Assembly (NCBI RefSeq): GCF_018977255.1 | Contig: NW_024704742.1 | Coordinates: forward strand, 69,132,001-69,196,000 | Source: Callorhinchus milii | Lineage: Eukaryota | Reading direction: 5' to 3' | Length of the DNA stretch: 64,000 bases | In this document: one piece after another, positions 24,822 through 36,772 of the stretch | How positions within the stretch are numbered: position 1 is the stretch's first letter | Layout of the letters: every line of letters begins with the position of its first letter | Made by a program: the position numbers and the translations under genes | The notes under the pieces: generated by a model | Seen by the model: the letters and a program-made list of their open reading frames with translations, nothing else | What the model was told of the DNA's origin: nothing | Database searches by the model: none

Positions 24822-25142
24822 TAATAATAATAATAATCCTTGAATTTGATATAGCGCTTTTCACGTCGGGAGGACGTCCCAAAGCGCTTCACAGAATATA
24901 CTGTAAAGTGAATTGACTGTATATTTATGGGCGAACGCGGCAGCTAATTGCGCACAGCAATGTCCCACAAACAATCGTAGATTGAAAATTACCAATTTAT
25001 TATTGTTTTTGGTTTTGGAGGGATTATTATTAGGTGTGTGGAGTAAGGAAACCTGCCCAAGGTTTCGCCCTCTGCCTGGAATTGAACTCAGGTCTCTCAC
25101 TTGCAAAGGGAGTGCTCTAACCACTGAGCTACAGGACTCCAC
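24822..25142 (-). mobile_element. Young tRNA-derived SINE (short subfamily)
   Basis: Near-identical to 355-672. AAGATA occurs at both flanks. Confidence 0.95.
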
Positions 25143-25380
25143 TAAGATAGTCAGTATATTATACGGTTGCTATGCAGAAATCTTTTCAAAAAAATTCTGA
25201 TTCACTGCTACCATTAAACATTAAAATCAGTTGTAGAGTTTTCTACTTGTGACTTCTAAAACATTAACCTTTTCAGGGCAGTTCCATTTGACAACCATTA
25301 AAGCTCGCAGGCATCAAGAAATATAGAAACTCAATTTACATTGCTTTTTGCAGCATATACTTAGTTTCCAACAGGCATAG

Positions 25381-25539
<159 letters not shown>

Positions 25540-26599
25540 TGAGCAACTAACTGACTAACTCGCACAAAGAGAGCGGCTGTAATTGTTTCAAATGTGCTCA
25601 TCTCTTGGCTAGAATAATTAGTGTGGTTGTGGCTGCTTTGCATCGAGCAAGAGTACCGTGGGAGGTTTTCAATTCCCAGTTAAGTCGCAGACCTTGACAG
25701 ACACGTTTGGTTTTGCTTCTTGGCTTGTTATCTCTTAAGGGTTGTGGTACGTTGAAAGTAGCCAGGGAGGCTGCAATACAGGCACATTGCTGCTGTGTGT
25801 CAATTGGCTGTTGCATTAGCCTAAAACATCCATCACTACAGTTTACAGTAAATCTTGGAGAATGCTTTGAGGTGTTCCAATACCATGGTTATTGAAAATC
25901 AAATGAGAGGACACGATGAAATCCCTTCCAGTGTTTGTTCACATTTGCGAATTTACTAGTTTTATTGCACTGTGTGTTGACGATGCTTCTTTCTCCTGAT
26001 TTGACACACACTAAGGGATGAAATTTGCGACATTTCAGAACTGGCTCCTTGTGATAATTAGGATTGTTATATTCTGCTTCAACCATTTATTTGGGTAGAG
26101 CATTCCATGTCCTTATAACTTGCGTGCATGTGAAAACTTTCTAACAGTTTGGTGATGAGGTTAAATATATTCCTTTATCAAGACGTAAACGGCCCTGTTA
26201 ATTCGACCCAGCTTGCTGCGATGTTCACTGAGCCTATCGCAAGCTACCATCTTACATTATCTGCTTATCAACCAACTTATCTAACATGGATGCTACAGGG
26301 TGAGTTCAGCAGAGGTATCTTGTGGACCTGTTTAGCCCACACTTGTATATGTGACTGACTGAGTTAGCACAACATATTCTAGAAGTTCCTCCACAGCCAG
26401 AATAAAGTTTAGGTCGTTTGTAAGCACTTCAAAGTAACGTCTTTCTGCCATCACTTTCGTCTCCTGCTCAGAGGTTCTAAAATCTGTTGCATCTTAACCC
26501 GTGAAGTAAAGCGGTGTCTTTATTTTTACTGGTAGCAACAAAAGGGAATATTGCAATGGTTCAGTCTCCTGTATCTCTACAATTTGCGTTAAATTGCAG

Positions 26600-26749
26600 T
26601 GAGCAAGCCCGTGAGAAGGTGATGCGGGAGGTTAAGGCTCTGGCCAAACTGGAACATCCTGGAATTGTCCGCTATTTCAATGCTTGGATAGAGGCACCGC
26701 CTGAAGGATGGCAGGAGGAGATGGATAAAAAGCTGCTGAAGGATGAAAG
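26600..26749 (+). CDS. EIF2AK3: EIF2AK3 exon 12
   Basis: AG/GT bounded, 150 bp. Encodes [42 protein letters not shown]. Confidence 0.97.
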
Positions 26750-27936
26750 GTAAAGCAGTCTTCAGCTATTTTTCTTTGAGAAGCTAATAGTTGCTTGATC
26801 TTTGGTCTCAGCTCACCTTCTACTTGTAAACAACCTCATCTGAAGGAATGAGGGTGAAGTGCAATCTTTGCCCATCAAGTAGAGCTTCTGTGATATTAAT
26901 AACATCCATTGGAGGGCAGTTAGGATACATGGGATGACTATTTTGTTGCTTTGAGGGTGTAATTATTTTGTATCCTTCCGGAATCCACACCCACCACCAC
27001 CCAAAAAGAGCTGTCAGGTTACCTTTTTTCTTTGCTTTTCACTTGAAACTAACTGTTTACAATAAAACACCTCCCTTCAAATCTTCGCCATATTCATGTG
27101 TAACTAGCTCTTAACTGTGGAAGGTAGCTAGGTGGTGACGTGTCAGTGTTGGTGCTTATTGCCATGTCCCGCGTTGCTTTGAGAAGCATGGAGAGCAAGG
27201 GAAATAATATTTTTGACTCCTATCCACTGCTGTGTAGGAATGAAGAATGTAATAAACTTGTCTTGTTAATATCTAATAGAATCATGGAATGTTACAGCAC
27301 AGAAAGGGACCATTCAGCCCATCATGTCTGCAGTCCACATTCATTCCTCTTTTGCCGGCTGATAGCATTTATTCCCTATTCCAAGTTGCTCTGAGCAGGT
27401 GTACGGTTTTCAATCCAGGATGGTTTGTGGGATACTGCTGTGTGCAATTGGCTGCTGCGTTTCGCCCGCAAAATATATAGTCAATTCACTTTATTCTGTG
27501 ACGCACCTTGAGACATCTCTCGACTCTCTACCCCTTCCTCGCTCCCTCCCTTCCCTCCTCTCACCCTGACCATTTCCCCCTTGCTCGGGTCCCGACCCAA
27601 CTGTACAGCGCCTTGGGAAGTCCTCCTGACGTGAAAGGCGCTCTATAAATGGAATCTTGTTGTTGTTGTTGTTGTGATAAGGGACTATATTAAATGCAAG
27701 GATTATAGTATGGTCAGACAGATTCCATTCTTCAGAACCGACATTCAGCCTGTTTGTTCAAATGGACATCAAATTGCTTGCATATTGTCCTTGAGCCATC
27801 TAGTACAATCCCACTCTCCTGCTCGCTCCCCATCCCCAATAATATGGTTCATTTCACTGCAGACTATTAATAGTGAATATTGTTTTCACTGAAATGCTTG
27901 CCTTTTATTTGTTGTGTTCTACTTTTGTTTCCCCAG

Positions 27937-28690
27937 CACGGAATGGCCAGCCAGTTCCCCAGATGCACTGGAAGCTGCCTCTGCTAACCGGCCCAAACCT
28001 GTAATGCTAACAAACTGTTTTGGGCACTTCACACCTTCAGTGAATGTGCTCACTCCCCCTGTTGTTGCTGCCGGTCAGCGGTTACCTTCGGGAGAGCCGT
28101 GCGGGGGTCTACGGTTTTCAAAGGACCTGAGTCAGTCTATGGAGCAGTTGCAGTGTGGCCAGGACAGTCTTCTATCTGAATGTGGAAGCGAGGACCGGTC
28201 TGACGTGGCACATTCCTTTGAGCTGTGTGTGTCGGTTGGCAGTAACTTAAGGAACGAGGACAGGACCTCGTCCTTCGATATAGTGTTTGAAGACTCTGGC
28301 TGTGACCGTTCTTCAGAGCACAATCTCAACCCGAACTCATCCAGCCACGGTGCAGGCGACAGTGGGCAATTGGCTTCCTCCTCTGACACCGGGACCACCA
28401 GTGATAACAGGCTGTCCTCTGGCCACACTCTGTCCCAATCTCCTCCCAGACCTACCTCCCTGTATTTGGACTTGTGTAAAGGACTGGAGGACAAGAACAA
28501 ACTGAACTCGCCCAAGGTTTACTTGTATATACAGATGCAGCTCTGCAGGAAAGAGACGCTAAAGGATTGGATGAGCACACAGTGTACGATGGAAGCCAGG
28601 GACCGAACTGAATGCCTGAGGATATTTTTACAGATGGCTGACGCGGTACATTTTCTGCATGCTAAAGGTTTAATGCACAGAGACCTTAAG
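27937..28690 (+). CDS. EIF2AK3: EIF2AK3 exon 13 (kinase insert to HRDLK)
   Basis: AG/GT bounded, 754 bp. Ser-rich insert with [38 protein letters not shown] and GLMHRDLK. Confidence 0.97.
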
Positions 28691-29374
28691 GTATGTGAGT
28701 TGATTTAACCAGATGTAGATTGTTCGTTCACTTCATGGCTGTCCGTGGCACAGTGCTGCATGTAAATTGGCTGCCACGTAGGCTTACAAAATATACAGTC
28801 ACTGCACTCTTACATCCTTTAACAGAATATTTTCCAACTTTTGTGTTTTTTTTTAAAAATAGCTTATTCTGCTGGGCTTCAACATGCCCAGAGTGTTTCC
28901 AGTCTTTATATTTATAATCTCCCCCAATTGCTTTTCATGTTTCATGTACAGTGTTATTGCGCTGTCTGACTTTCACAAATGAACAAATTATTTCATATTT
29001 GTTTCCATTTGTTGTGACCTAATAACTTGAGACTGGAAGTTGCTACTGTTATTTTTCCCCAACTTCAGTTAAGTTATTATTTAATGAAACGTGTGTCTGT
29101 GAACCCCAATAATGAGTACATACCTGGTATGTGACTATATTCTGGTATGTGAGTGAGGTCCCCAGTTATGAGGTCTGAAAGTAGTTGTGTACCCCAACAA
29201 TGGTACCTGACTGAGATTTCAGATGGACAGACAAGTTGGGGCGAGGATCTCACCTGTATTGCTTTGGGAGAATGACTTTGAATGTTAAACAGCACTGACA
29301 ATCTAGCAGCTAGAACGCTTCCAACAAACCTACCTTAAAACTCAGCCTCAGATCACAAACTCTGTCAGGAACTT

Positions 29375-29748
29375 TGGAGTCCTGTAAAGTACTGGTTAGA
29401 GCACTCGCCTTGCAAGCAAGAGGGTTAGATTCCTGGCTGTGGCGAAACCTTAGGCAACCTTAGGCAATTTTCCTTACTCCACATGCCTCTCTTTACCTAG
29501 CAGTAAGTAGGAACCCGGTTGTTAATCAATTGGTGGATCGCTTTCCGGGGGTAATAATCCTCCCTCCCTTCCCCCCACCCCCCCCCCAAAAAAAAATTGG
29601 TTGCTCAATCCACGACTATTTGTGGAACACTGCTGCCGTGTTTCACCCACAAAATATATAGTCACTGCAGTTTACTGTGTGAAGCGCTTTGAGATGTCTC
29701 AACGATCTGATAAGGCGCTATATCAAATGCAAGGATTACTATTATTAA
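29375..29748 (+). mobile_element. tRNA-derived SINE (long subfamily)
   Basis: Full head-to-tail copy with a small internal tandem duplication of aaccttaggc. Confidence 0.87.
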
Positions 29749-30227
29749 AACAGAATAATAACAGCCAAATGCTATGAAAATGCCAGTTTTTCTTTTCCTT
29801 GGTTATCTCTGTTTTTCCAAAAACGTACTCGAGCAGATGGTTAATTATCTGCACTGCTGGGACCCACCTTTGCCTTCTTCAATGCCTGTCTTAAGACCCT
29901 CCTCTTCGATTGCACTTTTGGTCACCCTCCCTGCCCTCCCCCCTCCTTGCCCTCCAATCATCCTTTTGGTCACCCTCCCTACTCTCTGCGCTTTGCCCTC
30001 CCTGCCCTCCTCCTGATCCCAACCCCCATCTTGGGTCCTAATTCCTGACTGTCCAGTGTCTTGGGATGTCCTCCCAACGTAAAAGGCACTATACAAATGT
30101 AACTTCTTCTTGTTGTACTGTAGAGCCCAAGCCAGGTGGGAGATCACAGGATAGGAGGGAGGTGACCAAATGTGAAATTCTTGGGAGTGCGTAGCATACA
30201 ATGGCATTGTAAAGGGACATTGTAATG

Positions 30228-30772
30228 GGACATTGCTGTGCGCAATTGGCTGCCGCGTTCGCCCACAAATATACAGTCAATTCACTTTACAGTATATTCT
30301 TTGAAGCGCTTTGGGACGTCTAGAAGACGTGAAAAGCGCTATATCAAATGCAAGGATTATTATTATTATTATTGGTGGCCTAATGCTTCCAGAGAGGCAG
30401 GATGTGTGGAGTCCTGTAGTTTACTGGTTAGAACACTTGCCTCGCAAGCGAGAGGCCTGGGTTCTCTTTCTGACAGGGTGAAATGTTGGGCAAGTTTCCT
30501 TACTCCACACGCCTCTGTTTACCGAGCAGTAAGTAAGAACGCGATTGTTAGTCGATTGGCGGATTACTTTTCTGTTGATAATATTCCCCCAAAAACCCAA
30601 TAATAATTTGGTCACTCAATCCACGACTGTTTGTGGGATACTGCTGTGCGTATTTGGCTGCCGTGTTTTGCACACAAATACGCAGTCAAATCACTTTACA
30701 GTATATTCTGAGAAGCGCTTTGAGATGTCTAAAAGATGTGAAAAGCGCTATATCAAATGCAAGTATTATTAT
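30228..30772 (+). mobile_element. Two adjacent SINE copies (truncated 30228-30372; full-length 30405-30772)
   Basis: A tail-only copy followed by a long-subfamily copy. Confidence 0.87.
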
Positions 30773-30957
30773 ATGTACCTGTCCTATACTTCTCCCCGCT
30801 CCCCTTGCTTATTACAATTTAACTTTGCTGACTGAACATTTACTAAAGTATATTTGCTAACTCTCCTATTTGTAACTATAGGCTGTGTAAGGATTGTTGT
30901 TTTTTGAATGCATTTTATGTTTTGAAATGTCGCTCTTGTATTTTAATTTCTTAAAAG

Positions 30958-31122
30958 CCTTCGAATATTTTCTTCACGTTGGAAAATGTGGTGAAAGTTG
31001 GTGATTTTGGACTGGTGACTGCCATGGACCAAGAGGAGGAGGGATGCGTACTTACCCCAATGCCGGTATATGCTCGGCACACAGGGCAAGTGGGCACCAA
31101 GCTGTACATGAGCCCAGAGCAG
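30958..31122 (+). CDS. EIF2AK3: EIF2AK3 exon 14 (DFG and activation loop)
   Basis: AG/GT bounded, 165 bp. Encodes [25 protein letters not shown]...[15 protein letters not shown]. Confidence 0.98.
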
Positions 31123-31193
31123 GTGAATGACGTTTCCAAAAATCTCTTCAAGTCTGTTCAGGCTACATAGTGTTTGTAGACAAACACTCCTCG

Positions 31194-31543
31194 AGTGGAG
31201 TCCCGTGGCATAGTTGTCAGTGCGCTCGCCTCGGAAGCGAAAGAACCCAGGTTCGATTCCTGGGCTGAGTAAAACCTTAGGCAGGTTTCCTTACTCCACA
31301 CGCCTCCGTTTACCTAGCAGTAAGTAGTAACCCGGTTGTTAGTCGATTGGCGGATAAGAATTCCTCAAAAAAAAATTGGTCACTCAATCCACAACTGTTT
31401 CGAGACACTGCTTTGCGCAATTGGCTGCTGCATTTCACCCACAAAATACAGTCAATCCACTTTACAATATATTCCATGAAATGTTTTGAGACCTCTCAAT
31501 GACATGATAAGGCGCTATATCAAATGCAAGGATTATTATTATT
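31194..31543 (+). mobile_element. tRNA-derived SINE (long subfamily)
   Basis: Head with the B-box ggttcgattcc, internal segment and (TTA)n tail. Confidence 0.88.
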
Positions 31544-31585
31544 CAGACCTTTATAAAGCTGTGCTACTGTGTTTGTGCCTTGCAG

Positions 31586-31687
31586 ATCTCAGGAAATGCA
31601 TATTCTCACAAAGTGGACATCTTTTCTTTGGGACTGATCCTATTTGAACTGCTGAATCCCTTCAGCACGCAAATGGAAAGAGTGCAG
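31586..31687 (+). CDS. EIF2AK3: EIF2AK3 exon 15
   Basis: AG/GT bounded, 102 bp. Encodes [34 protein letters not shown]. Confidence 0.97.
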
Positions 31688-32567
31688 GTAAGGATTGAAA
31701 GTGGTGCGCAGTACACATCACAAATATGATCAGTCTTAGCTCTTGGTTAGCTGAAGCTAAATTACCTACTTGTATTCCTGATGTACTGTATGGTCAACAT
31801 TCTCCCATCTGGTCCTGAAAACCCTCCAGTCCGTCACCCAATGGACTGTTCTAATGTATAAATCGAGATGTGCGGGCTGTTTGAGGGTAAGGGAGGTGAG
31901 GAGTCACTCCTATGTCCCAGTGCACCACTCGCCCACTATCCACATGTGTATTTAGCAGCAGATCATCTGCATGGTCCTCAGGAGGTAGCCGGCCTGACAT
32001 TTCCGTGGTTCTTTTCTCCTGTCTAAACGATGATTAAACTTTGATCCCATGGTTCAGTGACTTGCTGTACATTTGGGGCCTCCCATTAACGTGAGGTACT
32101 GTAGAGCTCCATTATAACTTGGTAGTTGTGTGTCTGTAAAATCCCAACCAACGTTCTAACTGGACATGATTGCTGGTCAGCATTTCCACATTCAAGCAGA
32201 AACTCTGCTGTGCTGAAGAAATGGCCCCTATTGGGTCAATGAGTCACCATGCTTGCACAGGAAGTGATAATGATGACCTAGAAGTCGGCCATTTTAAGCC
32301 AAAAAGGCTTACTTCGGGGACAGTCCTTGCTGACTTTACTGAGTGTGCACAGGTGGGGACCTGAAAACCCAGAATTTGGCCATTCTGTAGTGCCCAGGAA
32401 GCTGGCCAGCATTTTGTAGTGAGCCAGGCCAACTTTTGCAAGCATTTTGGATTTTGTGGTTAGTAAATGTTGGGGGTCCATATCATTGTAAGGGAACTTC
32501 CATTCTACCGAAGGGTATTATGACAGGGGAACTGCATGTAATATTTATGTGATTACTCTCTTCACAG

Positions 32568-32630
32568 ACGTTAATGGAAGTGCGAGAACAGAAATTCCCC
32601 ATTTCATTTTTTGATCAGTATCTTCAAGAG
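32568..32630 (+). CDS. EIF2AK3: EIF2AK3 exon 16
   Basis: AG/GT bounded, 63 bp. Encodes TLMEVREQKFPISFFDQYLQE. Confidence 0.93.
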
Positions 32631-33408
32631 GTGAGGTGTTTTATGCTCAAATTTGTGATTTCCTCCTCATTGCGTTATGCTAAGTTGCTTAGAGAATAAG
32701 CTACATTGGGTGAATGAAGGAGATGGTACATGTGATGAAATGTGTGCTCATCTGTTTTCTCTTGCTCTTTAAAAAAATATTTTAGTCCAGTTTGTTCCTG
32801 TTCTGGTCTTCTCTTATCTGGGGTTCTGTTCCACAAGCTCTGGTTGCCCTCCAGTATCCCATTCAACTGGCCATTGTTTGCCACTGTGAGCCCAGGCAGT
32901 ACATGTGGCAGGTACTCAACTATAGAGGGCGTCACAGCTGAGTCTGTCTTCTTCCCACCCGGCTACCACACTTGGGAACAATCTATGCTGTAGAGCAGAT
33001 GTTGAAATTCCTAAGTGGTGATCGGTGGGAGGTGAAATATTCCTCTCTCCTCCCACTTTCTCTTCTCCACCCCCCAGCCCCGCAACACTGTCCTCACACT
33101 CGTACAAATCACTTCATGCCTTGACACTTCCCTTCCTACCTTTCCAACCTGCTTATACCTCATTCCTCTACTTATCCCCTTTCCTCAGTTGACTCCAGCA
33201 CATCCTTCACACCTTCTGCCATCGGGGGTTATGCTTTCAGCCACTACAACCCAAGTCTGTTGTACTCTCTGCCTCAATCCCTCCACATTCCCAATTCATT
33301 GTTAGTCTTCATCCCTAACCTTCCTCTTTGACTGTGCCAATAGTCACCTCCCGCTCTCCCTGGCTCGGCGTCAAGCTTCCTTACTGTTAAGCACTCCAAG
33401 ACACTGCG

Positions 33409-34491
33409 TGGTATGGGTAGGAAACAAAGAGTAGGGATAAACGGGTTCTTTTCGGATTGGCAGGATGTGACTAGTGGAGTGCCACAAGGATCAGTCCTTG
33501 GGCCTCAGCTATTTACCATCTACATCAACGATCCAATTGAGCACATCGAAGTTAATATATCTAAATTCGCGGATGACACAAAACTAGGAGGAAGTGTCAA
33601 CACAGAGGATGACATTAAAAAAATGCAGCGAGAGATAGATAGGTTAGGTGATTGGGCAGGTAGGTGGCAGATGAAGTATAATGTAGGGAAGTGCGAAGTC
33701 ACCCACCTTAGATAGCAAAAACAGTAGAGCAAGTTATTTTTTAGAAGGGGAGAGATTGGAATGTGTTGGCGTCCAGAGGGACTTGGGTGTCCTTGTACAC
33801 CAATCACAGAAAGTTAGTCTGCGGGTGCAGCAGCAATTAGGAAGGCGAACGGTATGTTAGCATTCATTATGAAAGGATTAGAGTATAAGAGTAGGGAAGT
33901 CTTGCTGCAACTGTATAGGGCCCTGGTGAGACCACACCTGGAATACTGTGTGCAGTTTTGGTCTCCTTATTTAAGAAAGGATGTACTTGCCTTGGAGGGG
34001 TGCAGCGTAGATTTACTAGGTTAGTGCCAGGGATGCAGGTGATGAGTTACGAGGAGAGGCTGACCAATTTGGGCCTATATTCTCGAGAACATAGAAGAAT
34101 TAGAGGGGATCTTATAGAAACCTATAAGATCATCAAAGGGTATGATAGAGTAGATAGTGGGAGATTGTTTCCCCTGGTTGGAGAAACTAAAACCAGGGGT
34201 CACAACCTTAAAATCAGAGGCAGCCCTTTCGCACTGAGTTGAGGAAGAACTTCTTCACTCAAAGGGTGGTGAATGTATGGAACGCACTACCCCAAAGGGC
34301 TGTTGACGCTCAGTTCTTGAACATATTCAAGACTGAGATAGATAGATTACTTATTGCAAAAGGGATTAAGGGATATGGGGATAAGGTAAAGTTAGGTTAT
34401 TAGCTGGAGGTAGATCAGAAGATCGGCCATGATTGAATGGCGGGGCAGGCTCGAAGGACCTAATGGCCTACTCCTGCTCCTATATGTTATG
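33409..34491 (+). mobile_element. 5'-truncated CR1 LINE (RT C-terminal half plus 3' UTR), inserted in an L2 tail
   Basis: Motifs SGVPQGSVLGPQLFTIYIND, KFADDTK and RRIRGDLIETYKI, with stops and frameshifts. 3' end reads tggcctactcctgctcctatatgttatg. Confidence 0.93.
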
Positions 34492-34537
34492 AAGGGCGTT
34501 GTATATACAAGTTGATAATTATTTCCATCTCCTGCAG

Positions 34538-34714
34538 TGTGAAATGGTGCAGCAGATGCTCTCTCACGAGCCTTCTCTACGGCCTGAAGCTGTGGACATC
34601 GTGGAGAGTTCCATCTTTGAGAATCTCGATCTCCCCGAGAAGACGGTGTTGAGGCAGAGGACACGAACATTGAGCTCCTCCGGAGTCAAAATGCTGCGAA
34701 TGTCAGTTAGCTAA
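34538..34714 (+). CDS. EIF2AK3: EIF2AK3 exon 17 (terminal coding exon)
   Basis: AG acceptor. Encodes [49 protein letters not shown]...VS, ending in TAA. Confidence 0.96.
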   Translation, partial: CEMVQQMLSHEPSLRPEAVDIVESSIFENLDLPEKTVLRQRTRTLSSSGVKMLRMSVS

Positions 34715-34992
34715 TGGCAGATTTTTAAAAAAACCTCACCTTGCCTGATTTTTGGAAGTCTTCCTTTTTGCCTGACATTGTACAGTGTTTGTGGAAATGT
34801 TTACAAAGCGGTGTCGGACTCATCTCGGATGTTAAAAGGTCAAGTGACGCACTATTACATTTTCATTGCTGAAATACTTGCATTTTGTAATCAATTGCCA
34901 ATTGCAAACTGAACATTTTTGTAGAAACTGACATTTGGGAATCAGCTTTCAGCTTCCCAAATCATCTCCATTTTTGTTCAGTGTCCATTGCC

Positions 34993-35230
34993 ATTTTTTT
35001 TGGTCAGCAGGGCGTCTTGACATGCACGGAAACCCATCACCAGGCTTAAGAGTATCCAAAGCAAACTGAGAATTCCATGCATCCTACCTACATGTGGAAA
35101 TTCCAGAGATAGATTGTTGGAATGCTCACTCTCTCCCTGGAGTGACATATCCTGCTTACCTAATTCCTGTAAAGTATTAAACGCAGATTGGCAAGAGCCA
35201 AGGCTTGGGGATCCCAGAGTGTGAGGGGTC
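34993..35230 (-). repeat. Unclassified interspersed repeat, 3' part with A-tail, in the putative EIF2AK3 3' UTR
   Basis: Reverse complement of the 3' half of the 59083-59608 copy. Confidence 0.8.
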
Positions 35231-35682
35231 AGAGGAGCACATATTGTTAATACTGTAATTCATCTGACCTTAATGCGTGCCAGGTTTCACAGTGAATTTT
35301 CTTATCACTATTGAAATACAGGCACTTTCTATAAATAGGAAGTATCAATGGTTTGATTTTGTGTGGTTGCATATTTATGAATGCTGGGTGCCCTTATGAA
35401 CCAATGTCACTGTTGGGAAGAGCATTTCTCTTTCATGCAAATCCCAATTTTTACATTGTCTGCTTCTCTTCCTCACATTACAGTAGTCTTGCCTTATGGT
35501 CACTCTCTTCAGATTATGATCTGACCCACAGCCCAACAAATCCAACGGCAATCGGCTTTGGGCACGACCATTTTCGATTGAGTCGGGGGAGAGACTGGAG
35601 GAAAAGGGAGTTAGTTGGACATGCAACTTCTAGTGGCTCCGTTGTCAATTTGTCAACAAACCGATAAGTCGCACAAAGTTGC

Positions 35683-35688
35683 AATAAA
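35683..35688 (+). promoter_or_regulatory. Candidate proximal polyadenylation signal of EIF2AK3
   Basis: AATAAA about 970 bp after the stop codon. Use is not demonstrable from sequence. Confidence 0.35.
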
Positions 35689-36402
35689 TACAGTAAACTC
35701 CTGATAACTCATCATGCCAAAGGAAAGGGGCTCAGTGATGAGTTATCCGGAGTGGCAAGTTAGGCATATGTAGAAATACATCAATAAGTGTGGCTGGAAT
35801 ATTGACAGCATGATGACTTAAATGGTTGTGACAAGTTAAGCCTGGGTTGAGTTGTCAGGATTTTACTGTGTTATCTACCTACTTGATTTGAGAATGCCTT
35901 GAGGCAAGAATGCTACTTAATGATTCAAATTCATAATAAGCTGAATTTTTAACATCTCTATATACTTTATTTCCTTGTCCTCTTGTAACTTTTGATTATC
36001 GTTGGGGAGTTTTGTGCCCCCTCGATGTCAAACCTGGTGTGCATCAAATACTAAGTATTCCTGTTTCCAGTGTTTTGCAGTATGTGGCCTACTTGCAACT
36101 GGAATTCAACATTTAAAACAGCCACTTGGTTGTGTTTGGTTGCTCACCCTTTAAAATTCAGTCAAAATTCCAAAATATGTGGAGTCCTGTAGGTTATGGG
36201 TTAGAGCACTTTACACTGTATTCTGTGAAGCGGTTTGAGACGTCTCAAAGATGTGATGAGCCGCTATATCAAATGCAAGAATTATTATTATTAGGTTTGA
36301 GGGCTGAGATTAGCCAGATTCATGTTAGTACCAATGTCTCCCTTTAGGCTGTTATTCTCTTTGCATGTCCATAATTGACTGCTGGATAAAAACGAGCGGA
36401 CA

Positions 36403-36772
36403 TAATGATGATGATAATTATAATCCTTGCATTTGATATAGTGCTCATAACGCCTTTGAGACGTCTCAAAGTGCTTCGCAGATTAACTGTAAAATAAATT
36501 GACTGTATATTTTGTGGGTGAAATGCAGCAGCCAATTGCGCACAGCAGTGGCCAACAAACAGTCGTGGATTGATTGATCAAATTTTTTTTAAGGGATTAT
36601 TACCCCGGAAAAGTGATCTACCAATCGACTAACAATCGGGTTCTTTCTTACTGCTAGATAAACAGACGTGTGGAGTAAGGAAACTTTCCCAACATTTTGC
36701 CCTGCCCGGGAATTGAATCCTGGTCATCTTGTTTGCAAGGCAAGTTCTCTAACCACTAAGCTAAAGGACTCT
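36403..36772 (-). mobile_element. tRNA-derived SINE (long subfamily)
   Basis: Full copy in reverse complement, flanked by + copies at 36178-36292 and 37105-37328. Confidence 0.87.
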
